DNA of 64,000 nucleotides from Patescibacteria group bacterium (GTDB lineage: Bacteria; Patescibacteriota; Microgenomatia; CAYGWK01), in contig JBMORX010000003.1 in NCBI GenBank assembly GCA_049322615.1, positions 3,328-67,327 of the forward strand. The letters run 5' to 3'. Under the pieces are notes generated by a model that was not told the origin of the DNA, did not search any database, and saw only the letters and a list, made by a program, of their open reading frames with translations. The number at the start of each line of letters is the position of its first letter. The stretch's first letter is position 1. Below are positions 18,408-29,035 of this stretch, one piece after another. The translations under genes and the position numbers were made by a program.

Positions 18408-20228
18408 CTATTGGTAGGCTTTTGCTTGAAGAGTAAAGAGCTGGGCATAAGTTCCTCCAAGTTTCATCAATTCTTGATGCGTTCCTTGTTCAATAATTTT
18501 TCCTTTCTCTAAAACGATAATTCTCTTCGCCCGCCGGACCGTGGAAAAACGATGGGAAATTAAAATGAGATTTTTTCCTTTTACCAACTGAGATATTTTC
18601 CCAAAAATTTCCTCTTCGGCTTTGGCATCAACATTCGAGGTTGGCTCATCCAAAACTAAAATCTCACTATCGCGCAAAAGAATCCTCGCTAACCCAATTC
18701 TTTGCCACTGACCAAACGAGGGTTCAACTCCTTTCTCAAAATCACGAGCTAGGGGATTTTCGTATTTTAATGGGAGTGAAGCAATATAGGGATGAATGGC
18801 GGTCTTTCGGGCAAAATCTTGAATTTCTGGAAGGTTTTCCACCTTCTCAATTTTTCCGTAACCAACTGACTCGCGGGCGGTAAAGGGATAGGTTTCAAAA
18901 TCTTGGAATAAAACTCCTAATTTTTGCCACCATTGGTCTCTTTTGAAATCTCTCAAATTCTTCCCATTAACCAAAATCTCTCCTCGCTGAGGGTCGTAAA
19001 ACCGGCATAAAAGTTTAATTAAGGTGCTCTTCCCTGCCCCATTTTCTCCAACAACCGCTAACCGATCACCAGAGGAGAGTTTCAAGTTGATCTCTTTAAG
19101 AACCCATGGTTGGGTGTTTGGGTACTTAAACCAGACATTTCTAAATTCAATATTTTCTATTTTGCGAGGAGGCTTATGGGTGCCTGAAACAAGCTTGGGC
19201 TTAAGATCTAAAAACCAAACTAAATCAGCAATATAAATATAATTTTCATAAAAATCTACAAGATTTCTCAACAAACCTGAAAAGCTGTAGCGAAACGAGT
19301 TCGTGGCGCTGATATAAAATTGCATTGAACCAACAGTAATCCTTTGAAGAATAGCTAAAATCACCAAATAAACTTCAAAGGCAAAATAAAAAATATTTTG
19401 CGGTAAGGAGGCTAACAGACCAGAACTTTCTTTCTCTTTCTGAATCGCTGTCTGACTTTCAAAAATTTCTTTCTGAAGTCCATAAATTCTTTGTAAAAAA
19501 TAAGGAGCCAGTCTTAAAATTCTCATTTCCAAATAGCTCCTGGCCCTGACAAGATACCAAGAAAGCCAGCCCCGAAGCCGGTATTTGGGACTGATCTGGT
19601 CGCTCCAAGCATATTCTTTTTTGACAAATTTAGCATCAATCCAAAATTGAGGAAAGACAAAAAGGACAATTATCACCACTACCCAAGGCCTAAAACTGAG
19701 CAAAATTAAAAAGGCAACCAGAAGACCAGAGAGGTTTTCAGGAATGCGGGTAAAAGACATCATTGATCCCCAGATTCTACCGTAAATTTCCCTCTCAAGT
19801 TTATTCAGTTTGTCCTTAAATTCTGGATTTTCCAGAGTTTCCACATCTAGAGAGGAATTTTGCTCAGCCAAAAGCAATTCCAAATGGGCATCAAAAACGC
19901 GAGAAAGATAAAATTGCAAAAAGGAAGAAACCCTACTCAAAAGATCTCTGGCGAATTCTAATATTGTTCGCAGTAAAATAAGCAAAACTAAGCCGGATAA
20001 AGCCTGTTGCCAAAGCGGATTGCCAATATTGGCAATCACTTTATCGATAATCAACTTGTTCAACCACGCAAGAGGGGCAAAGAAAACACCAGCAAGAATA
20101 TTCACCAACAAAATGGTAACTAAGAATCCCGGTTGAATTTTCCAGACAAGCTTTACAATCGTAGAAAATGTAAACCAAATCTGCCTAAATCTCCCAATGA
20201 CAACCTGTGGGGAGTAAGAAGATTTCAT
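18408..20228 (-). CDS. ABC transporter, fused permease/ATP-binding (type IV exporter)
   Basis: TM domain plus GENGAGKST, SFGQWQRI, LDEPT, ISHR. Confidence 0.92.
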   Translation of the reverse strand: MKSSYSPQVVIGRFRQIWFTFSTIVKLVWKIQPGFLVTILLVNILAGVFFAPLAWLNKLIIDKVIANIGNPLWQQALSGLVLLILLRTILEFARDLLSRVSSFLQFYLSRVFDAHLELLLAEQNSSLDVETLENPEFKDKLNKLEREIYGRIWGSMMSFTRIPENLSGLLVAFLILLSFRPWVVVIIVLFVFPQFWIDAKFVKKEYAWSDQISPKYRLRGWLSWYLVRARSYLEMRILRLAPYFLQRIYGLQKEIFESQTAIQKEKESSGLLASLPQNIFYFAFEVYLVILAILQRITVGSMQFYISATNSFRYSFSGLLRNLVDFYENYIYIADLVWFLDLKPKLVSGTHKPPRKIENIEFRNVWFKYPNTQPWVLKEINLKLSSGDRLAVVGENGAGKSTLIKLLCRFYDPQRGEILVNGKNLRDFKRDQWWQKLGVLFQDFETYPFTARESVGYGKIEKVENLPEIQDFARKTAIHPYIASLPLKYENPLARDFEKGVEPSFGQWQRIGLARILLRDSEILVLDEPTSNVDAKAEEEIFGKISQLVKGKNLILISHRFSTVRRAKRIIVLEKGKIIEQGTHQELMKLGGTYAQLFTLQAKAYQ

Positions 20229-20238
20229 CCCTTTGATT

Positions 20239-21492
20239 TTATCCTTTCGGGGAGATCTTTTCAAAACCAGTATATTTTTGAAGAGTTTTTGGCACCAAAA
20301 CCGACCCGTCTTTTTGTTGATAGTTTTCCAAAATAGCAATTAGAGTTCTACCAATGGCAAAAGCGGTTCCATTAAGGGTATGAACAAATTCTGTTGTCTG
20401 TTGTCTGTTGTCTGTTGTCTTATAACGAATATTTAATCTCCTTGCCTGAAAATCGGTGCAAGTCGAAGTCGAGTGGGTTTCGCGGTATTTCTCTTGCGAA
20501 GGAATCCAGCATTCAATATCATATTTTCTGGCGGCTGGAGCCCCTAAGTCTCCGGTGCACATTTTAACCACCCGATAAGGCACTTCAATTAATTGAACTA
20601 GCTTTTCTTCAAGTGAGAGGAGATATTCATGTTCTCTGTCGCCCTGATCGGGTTTGGTGAAAGAAAACATTTCCACCTTGTCAAACTGATGGACACGCAA
20701 AATTCCCCTGGTATCTTTGCCATAAGCACCGGCTTCTCTCCGAAAACAAGAGGAAAATCCCAGATAGCGCCTTGGTAAATCTTTTTCTTCAAATACTTCA
20801 CCCTGATGCATTGGACCAATCGATTGCTCCGAAGTTCCAACCAAAACCAATCCGTCGTTTTCCAAAATATACATATCCTCCTTGCCACCATGCTCTAAAT
20901 ATCCCATCCCTCTCATCGTCTCTTTCTTAATCATAACCGTGGGGACAACCGGAATAAACCCCTCTTTAACTAAAGTCTCAAAAGCCAGCTGAACAAGAGC
21001 GAATTCTAAAATTGCTCCTTCGTTTTTTAAATATCCAAATCTTGAGCCGGAAACTTTTCCCGCTCTTTTAACATCAATAATGTCTAACAATTCACCTAAT
21101 TCCAGGTGATCTTTTGGTTTAAAACCAAACTCTTTGGGTTCTCCCCAACTTCTAATGACTTTATTTTCGGATTCATCTTTACCGAACGAAACATCGGGCG
21201 CGGGAAAATTTGGGACTTGAAGCATTAACTCTTGAAATTCTTCTTCTGCTTTCCGCAATTCTTGTTCCACCAGCTTTAATCTCTCTTTAAGTTTTTTTGC
21301 TTCGGGAGTTCCTTTCCCAATTTTGGCTAATTTGTTCCGCTTGGCCCGAAGCATCTCCGCTTCCTCCTGAATTTCTCTTTTTTTCCTATCCGCTAACAGA
21401 ACTTTATCGACAATCTTTGAATCGTATCCTTTTGCAACAATTCCAACTTTTACTTTTTCCGGATTTTCCCTGATAAGATTAATATCTAACAT
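20239..21492 (-). CDS. serS: Serine--tRNA ligase
   Basis: MLDINLIREN, FRREAG, RVHQFDKVE, HTLNGT. Confidence 0.98.
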   Translation of the reverse strand: MLDINLIRENPEKVKVGIVAKGYDSKIVDKVLLADRKKREIQEEAEMLRAKRNKLAKIGKGTPEAKKLKERLKLVEQELRKAEEEFQELMLQVPNFPAPDVSFGKDESENKVIRSWGEPKEFGFKPKDHLELGELLDIIDVKRAGKVSGSRFGYLKNEGAILEFALVQLAFETLVKEGFIPVVPTVMIKKETMRGMGYLEHGGKEDMYILENDGLVLVGTSEQSIGPMHQGEVFEEKDLPRRYLGFSSCFRREAGAYGKDTRGILRVHQFDKVEMFSFTKPDQGDREHEYLLSLEEKLVQLIEVPYRVVKMCTGDLGAPAARKYDIECWIPSQEKYRETHSTSTCTDFQARRLNIRYKTTDNRQQTTEFVHTLNGTAFAIGRTLIAILENYQQKDGSVLVPKTLQKYTGFEKISPKG

Positions 21493-22055
21493 AGACCTAG
21501 TTCTCCACTAATTATTTGCATCGCCTCAAGTGTTATTTTAACAAATTCCGGCAGGGGAATCCCAAGTTTTTCTTCGCACATGGCGATTTGTTCTCTTTTA
21601 ACTGCCGCAGCAAAGGCTTTTTGAGGAAACTTTTTAACCACGGATTCCACCGAAACCGAAGATAATTTTTTATCTGGCATCACTAAGGCAACGGCGACAA
21701 TAAAACCAGTTAACTCATCACAACAATATAGCGACCATTCTAAATTATTTTTAGGCGCATTCTCGCCTGTGTGTCCGAAGTTATGCGACAAGACAGCCGA
21801 GATAATTTCTGAATCCGTTTCTCCAGCATTTTTCAACCACTCCACTGTCAATAAAGTGTGCTTTTCTGGATTATCTTTCGTTTTCTCGTAATCAGCGTCA
21901 TGGAGTAATCCCACCAATCCCCATTTTTCTTCATCCTCTCCAAATTTACGGGCTAAAGCCCTCATCGCCGATTCCACTGCATAACAATGTCTCCGCAGAT
22001 TCTGATTCCGCATATTGTTATGAAGAATTTCTAAGGCTTTTTCGCGAGAAATCAT
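21486..22055 (-). CDS. HD-domain phosphohydrolase
   Basis: NLRRHC, GLLHDADYE, DELTG motifs. Confidence 0.88.
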   Translation of the reverse strand: MISREKALEILHNNMRNQNLRRHCYAVESAMRALARKFGEDEEKWGLVGLLHDADYEKTKDNPEKHTLLTVEWLKNAGETDSEIISAVLSHNFGHTGENAPKNNLEWSLYCCDELTGFIVAVALVMPDKKLSSVSVESVVKKFPQKAFAAAVKREQIAMCEEKLGIPLPEFVKITLEAMQIISGELGLC

Positions 22056-22594
22056 TTTTTTCTCCTTTCTTCTAATCTTCTCCTAAATAATTTTTCGGTA
22101 TAACCGCCTTCTTTGACAAATTTTTCCTCCAGGGCTTTGATTTGTTTATTTAAAAGAAAACTCTGTTGATGGGCTAGGGTCAAAAGGAAGTTTGCCGCTT
22201 CTTCGGGGTCTTTGGGGAGTTTTGGGATATTCGGGGAATTTGGGGACTTTTTAAAATCCCAAAAGACCCTAAACGCCCTAAGTTCCCTAACTTTAGGATG
22301 ATTTTTGTCCAAAACAGCCAGTTTTCTTTGCCTTAAAAAATCCAAGAAATCTTCTATCAATTCTTCTAAAGATGCTAAAGAAACTCCAAGAAGTTTAATG
22401 TAACCTTTCAAACTTCTCTCCAGATAACCCTCGGCAATATTCTGTTTATGACTTCTGGCAGCCTGAACCATTTGTTCCCTGGTTCTTCGATATTCAAATC
22501 CAGGCATAAAATTCTCGCAAAATTCTCCGTTCAAATCATAAATCACCACTGCCATTTGATAAGTCTTAAGATATTTATAGCCAACTTCGGTCAT
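22052..22594 (-). CDS. Four-helix-bundle (IVP/Avd-like) protein with suffix domain
   Basis: QMVQAARS.KQNIAEG, SLEEL.EDF.DFLRQR, F.KEGGYTEKL. Confidence 0.85.
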   Translation of the reverse strand: MTEVGYKYLKTYQMAVVIYDLNGEFCENFMPGFEYRRTREQMVQAARSHKQNIAEGYLERSLKGYIKLLGVSLASLEELIEDFLDFLRQRKLAVLDKNHPKVRELRAFRVFWDFKKSPNSPNIPKLPKDPEEAANFLLTLAHQQSFLLNKQIKALEEKFVKEGGYTEKLFRRRLEERRKK

Positions 22595-22606
22595 TTATTA
22601 AGAACC

Positions 22607-24064
22607 TCATTTTCCCGGTCTTAGCGTTGGAAATAAAATCACGTCGCGGATCGAAGGCATATCGGTTAAGATCATGACTAATCTGTCAATACAGGGTCCG
22701 ATTCCCGAAGTTGGCGGCATACCATACTCCATTGCCTCAATAAAATCTTGGTCAACCTGATGGGCCTCTTCATCTCCCAACCTTTCTTTTTTCCGTTCGT
22801 CTTTAAACCTTTCGGCAAGCTCAAGGGGGTCATTAAGCTCATTATAATTATTAGAACATTCCATGCCGGCGATATAATGTTCAACTCGCTCAACAAAACG
22901 CGGATCATCCGGAACTTTTTTCGCCAGCGGCGAAGTTTCAATTGGATAATTATAAACAAAGGTCGGTTGAATTAAACCCCTCTCCGCTTTTTCTTCAAAA
23001 ATAGTTGCCAAAATCAAGCCTATGGCACTTGCGGTGTATTTATTCAGTTCAATTTTTAAATCTTGGGCAATCTTTTTAGCCTTTTCTAGACTTTTAATTT
23101 TAGAAAAATCAATATTAGTCGCTTTTTTGACTGCCTCAACCATGGTAATTCTTTTCCAGGGAGCTTTAAAATCAATTTCTTTCCCTTGAAAAATGACTTT
23201 TGTGCCACCGGTCAATTCTTTGACCACATATTGCGTCATTTCTTCAATCAATTTCATATTTTCTTGATAATCAATATAGGCTTCCATCGTCTCCAAGATG
23301 GTAAACTCGGGATTGTGCTGACGGTCTATCCCCTCATTTCGAAACACCTTGTTGACTTCAAAAACTTTTTCAAAACCGCCAACAATCAGACGCTTTAGAT
23401 AAAGTTCAGTCGAAATCCGTAAATAAAGAGGAATCCCCAAAGCATTATGATAAGTTTTAAACGGTCTAGCCAGAGCGCCCCCATAAAGCGGATGAAGAAT
23501 CGGGGTTTCCACCTCATAATATCCTCTGTCGGTGAGAAATTTTCGATGAAGAGCAATTATCTTGGATCTTGTCTCAAAAACCTTTTTCACCTGGGGATTC
23601 ATAATTAAATCCAGGTATCTTTTGCGGTAGCGTTCCTCAACATCTTTTAATCCGTGCCATTTTGAGGGTAACGGACGAAGCGATTTTGTCAGAAGGGTAT
23701 ATTCTGAAACTTGAACTGTTATTTCCCCAGCTTGGGTCTTAAAAACTTCTCCCTCAACCCCTAAAAAATCTCCAATATCTAAAAGTTTTAAGAAATCATA
23801 TTTTTTTTCACCCAATTTGTCTCGCCTAAAAAATATTTGGATTTTTCCTGATTCATCCCTTAAGTCAGCAAAGATGGAACCGCCGTGTTCCCGCCAAGAA
23901 ACAATTCGGCCAGCAACTGAAACTTTCTTGTTTAGCATCTTTAGGGCTTGAGATGTTGTTTGTTCTCGCTGATAACGGGCAGGAAAAGGATCAATCCCTA
24001 AAGACTTTATTTTTTGAAGTTTTTCCAAACGGCTGGCTCTGATGTTTTCTAATCTTTTCGCCAT
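22607..24064 (-). CDS. lysS: Lysine--tRNA ligase (class II)
   Basis: RYRKRYLDL, FRNEGID..HNPEFT, YGMPPTSG.G. Confidence 0.98.
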   Translation of the reverse strand: MAKRLENIRASRLEKLQKIKSLGIDPFPARYQREQTTSQALKMLNKKVSVAGRIVSWREHGGSIFADLRDESGKIQIFFRRDKLGEKKYDFLKLLDIGDFLGVEGEVFKTQAGEITVQVSEYTLLTKSLRPLPSKWHGLKDVEERYRKRYLDLIMNPQVKKVFETRSKIIALHRKFLTDRGYYEVETPILHPLYGGALARPFKTYHNALGIPLYLRISTELYLKRLIVGGFEKVFEVNKVFRNEGIDRQHNPEFTILETMEAYIDYQENMKLIEEMTQYVVKELTGGTKVIFQGKEIDFKAPWKRITMVEAVKKATNIDFSKIKSLEKAKKIAQDLKIELNKYTASAIGLILATIFEEKAERGLIQPTFVYNYPIETSPLAKKVPDDPRFVERVEHYIAGMECSNNYNELNDPLELAERFKDERKKERLGDEEAHQVDQDFIEAMEYGMPPTSGIGPCIDRLVMILTDMPSIRDVILFPTLRPGK

Positions 24065-24111
24065 ACTAAAAGGAAGTTTACCACAAAGAGAAGCCAAACC
24101 TCAAGGAGAAT

Positions 24112-24579
24112 TCATTCAATCTCAAGGATAGTGTAGATTAATTTTCCCGCCGGGGCCTCAACTTCGACCTTGTCGCCAACTTTTTTGCCTAAAAGGGCGC
24201 GGCCAAGAGGTGATTCGTGAGAAATTTTCTGATTGAGCGGATCTGCTTCCCATTCACCAACCAAATGAAAAACTCCTTTTTTTCCATGAATTTCAACCGT
24301 CACCCTACAGCCAAGACCAACTTGCTTATGTCCACCTTTATCTTCGGAAATTAAAACTGCTTTTCCTAACACTTCCTCAAGCTCGGTAATTCGACCATCA
24401 ATAAAAGACAGGTCTTGCTTTGCCTGGGTATAATCACTATTTTCCACTAGTTCTCCGACGACTCGGGTAGCGGCTAGTCTTTCAACCGCTGTCGGTCGCC
24501 TCACCTTAGTTAAGGATTCGTATTCTTTTTTGAGATTTTCTAAACCCTCGCGGGTTAGATATACTTTGTCTTCGTCCAT
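24112..24579 (-). CDS. greA: Transcription elongation factor GreA
   Basis: YLTREG..L..E, GELVENSDY, ISHESPLGRALLG. Confidence 0.93.
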   Translation of the reverse strand: MDEDKVYLTREGLENLKKEYESLTKVRRPTAVERLAATRVVGELVENSDYTQAKQDLSFIDGRITELEEVLGKAVLISEDKGGHKQVGLGCRVTVEIHGKKGVFHLVGEWEADPLNQKISHESPLGRALLGKKVGDKVEVEAPAGKLIYTILEIE

Positions 24580-24968
24580 AGTTCTTAAACAAAAAATCAC
24601 CTTTTGGGTGGATTTTGGGCAAAAGAAGTTTTTCTCTATTTCGGCATCATACAACGAAGAAAAAGGTTTGTCAAGGGGCGTAAAATCCGCCTTAGGCGGA
24701 TTAACGCCCCGCAGACCCCGTACACGCGCTCCTGCGACGCCCGCCTGCAACTGCGTAGCTGTTGGCGGGGGAGCAGGTAAGCGTTGTAGCGGGGTCAAAC
24801 CCTGGCGCACACTTCTAAAATCGCTCCGCAGCACCAAAGAAATCTTCCGGACACAATTTCAAGCGGTCGCATAAATTTGTGTCCCTGTATCATTGTACTA
24901 TTACAATAGTACAAAACTGCGATAATCAAATCGCCAAACTCCAGGAGGTGAATAGGTTCACATCTAAG

Positions 24969-25041
24969 TGACCCTGCCCGGATTCGAACCGGGGTTTGTA
25001 GGATGAGAACCTACTATCCTAAGCCGCTAGATGACAGGGCC
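24969..25041 (-). tRNA. tRNA-Glu (CTC)
   Basis: GGCCCTG/CAGGGTC acceptor stem, anticodon arm GTAGG-TTCTCAT-CCTAC, GGTTCGAATCC T-arm; CCA not encoded. Confidence 0.95.
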
Positions 25042-25107
25042 ACGTCAAACTGAATTTTACCTCATTTTTCTTCTGAAGACAAGATTTGATGATATAATTT
25101 CCTTATC

Positions 25108-26190
25108 ATGACTTTTGATGAAAAACTTCCGGATCTATTTTTTGATGAGGAATTAAGAATAGATTTTAGCTTAACAGAACATGGGGAAGCGGCTGAGATT
25201 TTGAAAAAGAAAGGTTTTGGGGTAGTGTTGGCAATGAATATTGAGCAGGCACCAGAAGTATTTGCTAAAATTTTTAATACTTATACTTCTCATAATATTA
25301 AAGTTATTGGCTGGCCGCTGGTAGGAGATGATAAGGGATATTGGCCGAACAAAGAAAATTTTGATTATTTTTCTCAAAAGTTAATTAAGTATCTTAAAGA
25401 ACTTAAACAACAAGGAATAATCTTAGATTGGTTATGCCTGGATGTAGAACCAACACTTTTTTCTCAAAAGCAAATTATGGAAGTGCATTTTGGTTTTGTG
25501 AACTATTTTATCCGGGCAGTGCGGAGAGCCTTAACTTTAAAAGAGTTCTCAAGTTTTTATCAAAAAATCGGCTCATTGTTAGATAGTCTACATAGTCAAG
25601 GATGCAAAGTGATACTTGTTACTCCGCTTTTAGTAACCGACGATCTAGTATTTAAGGGCAGTGTTTGGCAGAAAGCAAACCATTCGGCAGTAATTTCTCC
25701 AGAAACACAAAAACTTTTACCATTCGATGCAATTCTTTTTATGCTTTTCCCAAGTGAATATGTTGATTACGCCCATTTATTATTTGGAAAGAAGATTGCC
25801 CAAAATTTATTCTTTAAAACTCTTGAAAGTTATGTGGTTGATACTTACTATTGGGCTAAAGAGCGAAATTTCGAGGGACAAATTTTCTTCCAAACAGGGC
25901 TCTTGGGGGAAACTGGTAAAAGAGGACGAGAGCCGATCTTTGAGAAACCAGAGGATTTTTACCCTTATGCTATTCAGTTAAATGCTCTAGCTCAAAAATT
26001 TGGCTTTGGCAGAGCTTACTATAGTTTAGAAGGAGTGACAAAAAATGGACAGCTCAAAGAGTGGCTAGAGGCCGTGCAAAGTAAAAATGAAACATTAGAA
26101 ATGGTAACTCATAGTAGCAAATTCACAAAACTTGTGCGCAAAATGATCTATAATCTCGCCTGCATTGCTTTAAGAGTGACTGGAAAGTAA
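25108..26190 (+). CDS. Hypothetical protein (possible TIM-barrel/glycoside hydrolase-like)
   Basis: 360-aa AT-rich ORF; W.CLDVEP segment; TATAAT just upstream. Confidence 0.7.
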   Translation: MTFDEKLPDLFFDEELRIDFSLTEHGEAAEILKKKGFGVVLAMNIEQAPEVFAKIFNTYTSHNIKVIGWPLVGDDKGYWPNKENFDYFSQKLIKYLKELKQQGIILDWLCLDVEPTLFSQKQIMEVHFGFVNYFIRAVRRALTLKEFSSFYQKIGSLLDSLHSQGCKVILVTPLLVTDDLVFKGSVWQKANHSAVISPETQKLLPFDAILFMLFPSEYVDYAHLLFGKKIAQNLFFKTLESYVVDTYYWAKERNFEGQIFFQTGLLGETGKRGREPIFEKPEDFYPYAIQLNALAQKFGFGRAYYSLEGVTKNGQLKEWLEAVQSKNETLEMVTHSSKFTKLVRKMIYNLACIALRVTGK

Positions 26191-26207
26191 CACCTGAAAA
26201 CAAGATT

Positions 26208-28634
26208 TTAGGAGGGAAGATAAGCTGGGACAAAACCAGCAGGTTTTCTAGGCAAAGAGATTTTCTTTTCTTTTTGCTTAAGAAGGACGACTTTTAAAGC
26301 CTCCCCAAGTTCGGAGACAAAAACAAATTTAATATCTTTTTTAACCTTACTTGGAACATCTTCAAGATCCTTTTTATTTTCTTTCGGCAAAATCAAAACT
26401 TTGAGTCCTGCCCGGTGAGCGGCAATAACTTTTTCTTTAACTCCCCCAATCTCCAAAACCCTGCCCCGAAGAGTAATTTCTCCGGTCATGCCAACATCCC
26501 GACGGGTGGGAATTTTCGTCAAAGCCGAAACCAAAGCTGCCGCCATGGCTATCCCGGCTGATGGTCCGTCCTTGGGCACGGCTCCTTCAGGAACATGAAT
26601 GTGAACATCTAAATTCTTTGAGAAATTTTCTCGAAGACCCAAGGTTTCCCAATGACTTCTGGCAAAAGAAAAAGCTGCCTGAGCTGATTCCTTCATTACT
26701 TCTCCTAAATGTCCGGTTAAGACAAGATTGCCCTTCCCAGGCATCAAAGCCGCCTCAATGAAAAGAATCTCTCCCCCAGCCTCAGTCCAAGCCAGTCCAG
26801 TGGCCATCCCTACCTCATTTTTCTTCTCCGCCAAGGTTGAGGAATATTTCTGCGGACCTAAAAACTTTCGGGTCTCTAGCATATCAATCTCTTCTTTCAC
26901 TCTTTTTCCTTCTGCTTTTTTCTTTGCCACCTTTCGCAAGATTGTCGCGAGCATTCGCTCAAGTTCCCGAACCCCTGCCTCTCTGGTATAGCGGCGAATT
27001 ACCTCATAAAGTGCCCTAGAGGTAATTTTTATTTTCTCTAGACCATGGGCTTTAACCTGCTTTGGCCAAAGAAATTGCCTGCCAATATTAAATTTTTCTT
27101 CTTCGGTATAGCCGGGAAAGCTGATAACTTCAAGTCTATCTCGAAGGGCTGGAGGGACGGTGTCTAAAATATTACCAGTACAAATAAACATTACCTCAGA
27201 TAAATCAAATGGGACCTCAAGATAATGATCAGAGAACTCTTTATTTTGTTCAGGGTCTAAAGCCTCCAGGAGTGCAGCCGATGGGTCGCCCCGAAAATCA
27301 ATTCCGACTTTGTCAATTTCATCAAGCATAAAAACAGGATTTTTGGTCCCGGCGTTTCTCATTCCCTGAATTATTCTGCCCGGTAAAGCGCCAACATAAG
27401 TCCGCCTGTGTCCGCGAATTTCTGCTTCATCTCGAATTCCTCCCAAAGAAATCCGAATAAATTTTCGTCCTAACGCTTTAGCGATTGATTTTCCGATTGA
27501 AGTTTTTCCCACCCCCGGAGGTCCGATAAAACAAAGAATTGAGGGCGTCCCGACTTCCTCCCTCTGCGTTTTTGCGCCCGCAAGAGTTTTGCGTCTTTGC
27601 GTTTTCAGCTTCATCACCGCCAAGTACTCAACTACCCGTTCCTTTACTTTCTTTAAACCATAGTGATCTTGTTCTAAAATCTTGGCTGCTCGACTAATAC
27701 TAGTATTATTTGGGGTTGCTCGAGTCCAAGGCATAGAAGTTATCCAATCAAGCCAGTTTTCAATGTACGGTCGTTCAGGAGACATAGGAGGCATTTGGGC
27801 AAAACGAGAAAGTTCTTTCTCAACTTTTTTTCTCGCCTCCAAAGGCAAACGGGACTGGCGAATTTTTTGTTTGAATTCTCTAACTTGTTCGTCTTCCTCT
27901 CCGCCAAGTTCTCCAAGCTCTTTCTCAATTGTTTTCTTCCGCTCCCGCAAGACTGCTTCTTTCATCTCTTTTTCAAACCGGACTTGGGTTTTAGTGGCAA
28001 TTGAGCGTTCAAGTTCTAAAATTTTGATTTCATGGTTAAGATATTCAGCCACTTTATTAAGCCTCTGGGAAACAACCGCCAAGTCCAAAAGTCCTTGTTT
28101 TTCCTCAGTTTTTAAGTCTAAACTTGAAGCAATTTGGTCAGCCAACTCCGCCGGAGAAACCCCAGAGGAAAGTCTCATTAAAACCATAATATCGATTGGT
28201 TTCCCAAGATTAAAAGCCTTGCGATATTGATTAATTAAATGACTTGACAAAGCCTTAACTTCATCCGATTCCTCGATAATTTCCGGAACTTCACTTACCC
28301 TAACCAAAATAAAGGGGTCGGTTGAGATTACTTCCTCAAGCCTTATCCGACCTACTCCTCGGGCAATTGCCGTGACGCTTCCGTCTATCTCAAGGGTATT
28401 TTCTAAAACAACAAGGGTGCCAATTTGATAAAGATCTTCTTTTCCTGGCTCCACTACCCTTGGGTCTTTCTGGGTAAAGACTGCCAAAAGTCTTTCGGCT
28501 GAACCACTAAAAGCAGCCTTGACGGCACTGTTTGACCGTGGTCGACCAAAAGTAAGAGGGACCTCGGTGTAGGGAAAAACCACACTGTCTCGAAGAGCTA
28601 CTGCAGGAATAATTTTTTCTGATTGGTCTGTCAT
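26208..28634 (-). CDS. lon: ATP-dependent protease La
   Basis: [30 protein letters not shown]. Confidence 0.99.
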   Translation of the reverse strand: MTDQSEKIIPAVALRDSVVFPYTEVPLTFGRPRSNSAVKAAFSGSAERLLAVFTQKDPRVVEPGKEDLYQIGTLVVLENTLEIDGSVTAIARGVGRIRLEEVISTDPFILVRVSEVPEIIEESDEVKALSSHLINQYRKAFNLGKPIDIMVLMRLSSGVSPAELADQIASSLDLKTEEKQGLLDLAVVSQRLNKVAEYLNHEIKILELERSIATKTQVRFEKEMKEAVLRERKKTIEKELGELGGEEDEQVREFKQKIRQSRLPLEARKKVEKELSRFAQMPPMSPERPYIENWLDWITSMPWTRATPNNTSISRAAKILEQDHYGLKKVKERVVEYLAVMKLKTQRRKTLAGAKTQREEVGTPSILCFIGPPGVGKTSIGKSIAKALGRKFIRISLGGIRDEAEIRGHRRTYVGALPGRIIQGMRNAGTKNPVFMLDEIDKVGIDFRGDPSAALLEALDPEQNKEFSDHYLEVPFDLSEVMFICTGNILDTVPPALRDRLEVISFPGYTEEEKFNIGRQFLWPKQVKAHGLEKIKITSRALYEVIRRYTREAGVRELERMLATILRKVAKKKAEGKRVKEEIDMLETRKFLGPQKYSSTLAEKKNEVGMATGLAWTEAGGEILFIEAALMPGKGNLVLTGHLGEVMKESAQAAFSFARSHWETLGLRENFSKNLDVHIHVPEGAVPKDGPSAGIAMAAALVSALTKIPTRRDVGMTGEITLRGRVLEIGGVKEKVIAAHRAGLKVLILPKENKKDLEDVPSKVKKDIKFVFVSELGEALKVVLLKQKEKKISLPRKPAGFVPAYLPS

Positions 28635-28856
28635 AGTGAGTTTAGACTTCGGCTGAGCTCAGTCGAAGCCCCGAACCATTAGCAGTCTATCACATTAATT
28701 GCTAAAAAGCAATAGGTATTCGTAACACATCTAAATTCCGCCAGTCTCACACGAATTTACACGAATCTGGCGACCACGTATCTTAGTTCTACCCCAAAAG
28801 GCAGTTTGGTCGCCTCACGAATTAACACGAATTTTGAGCCACCTTCAAGATGGTGA

Positions 28857-29022
28857 GGGCACAACTTTTGCGCCGAGTTTAATGTGACAGGGGACGTCTG
28901 ACGTCCCAGGCTTGCGCCATCCGAAAACAGCGCCACCAGACTCCTGGAATCTCTATCTAAGCAAGCCGTGTCCCGATTTAATCGGGACGTCATCTCTAAA
29001 CTCAAGCAACAAGTTCGTGCCC
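28857..29022 (-). ncRNA. ssrS: Probable 6S RNA (rod with central bubble)
   Basis: GGGCACGAACT/AGTTGTGCCC closing stem, TGAGTTTA..TGAC/GTCA..TAAACTCG stem, central bubble, apical CCAGG/CCTGG and GCGC stems with a TTCG loop; G-U pairs work only on the minus strand; 166 nt. Confidence 0.55.
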
Positions 29023-29035
29023 GAACCAAAACAAC

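Noticed and set aside
22052-22594. Diversity-generating retroelement (Avd-like gene)
   Set aside because: No reverse transcriptase or TR/VR pair in the window
24580-24837. N-terminal extension of GreA in the ORF track
   Set aside because: Runs through a promoter and a GC-rich hairpin region; the GreA-like sequence begins at ATG 24579
28757-29029. 90-aa ORF, or a tmRNA/RNase P RNA
   Set aside because: No coding signals; lacks tmRNA tRNA-like ends and RNase P GAGGAAAGTCC; a rod fold fits 6S better
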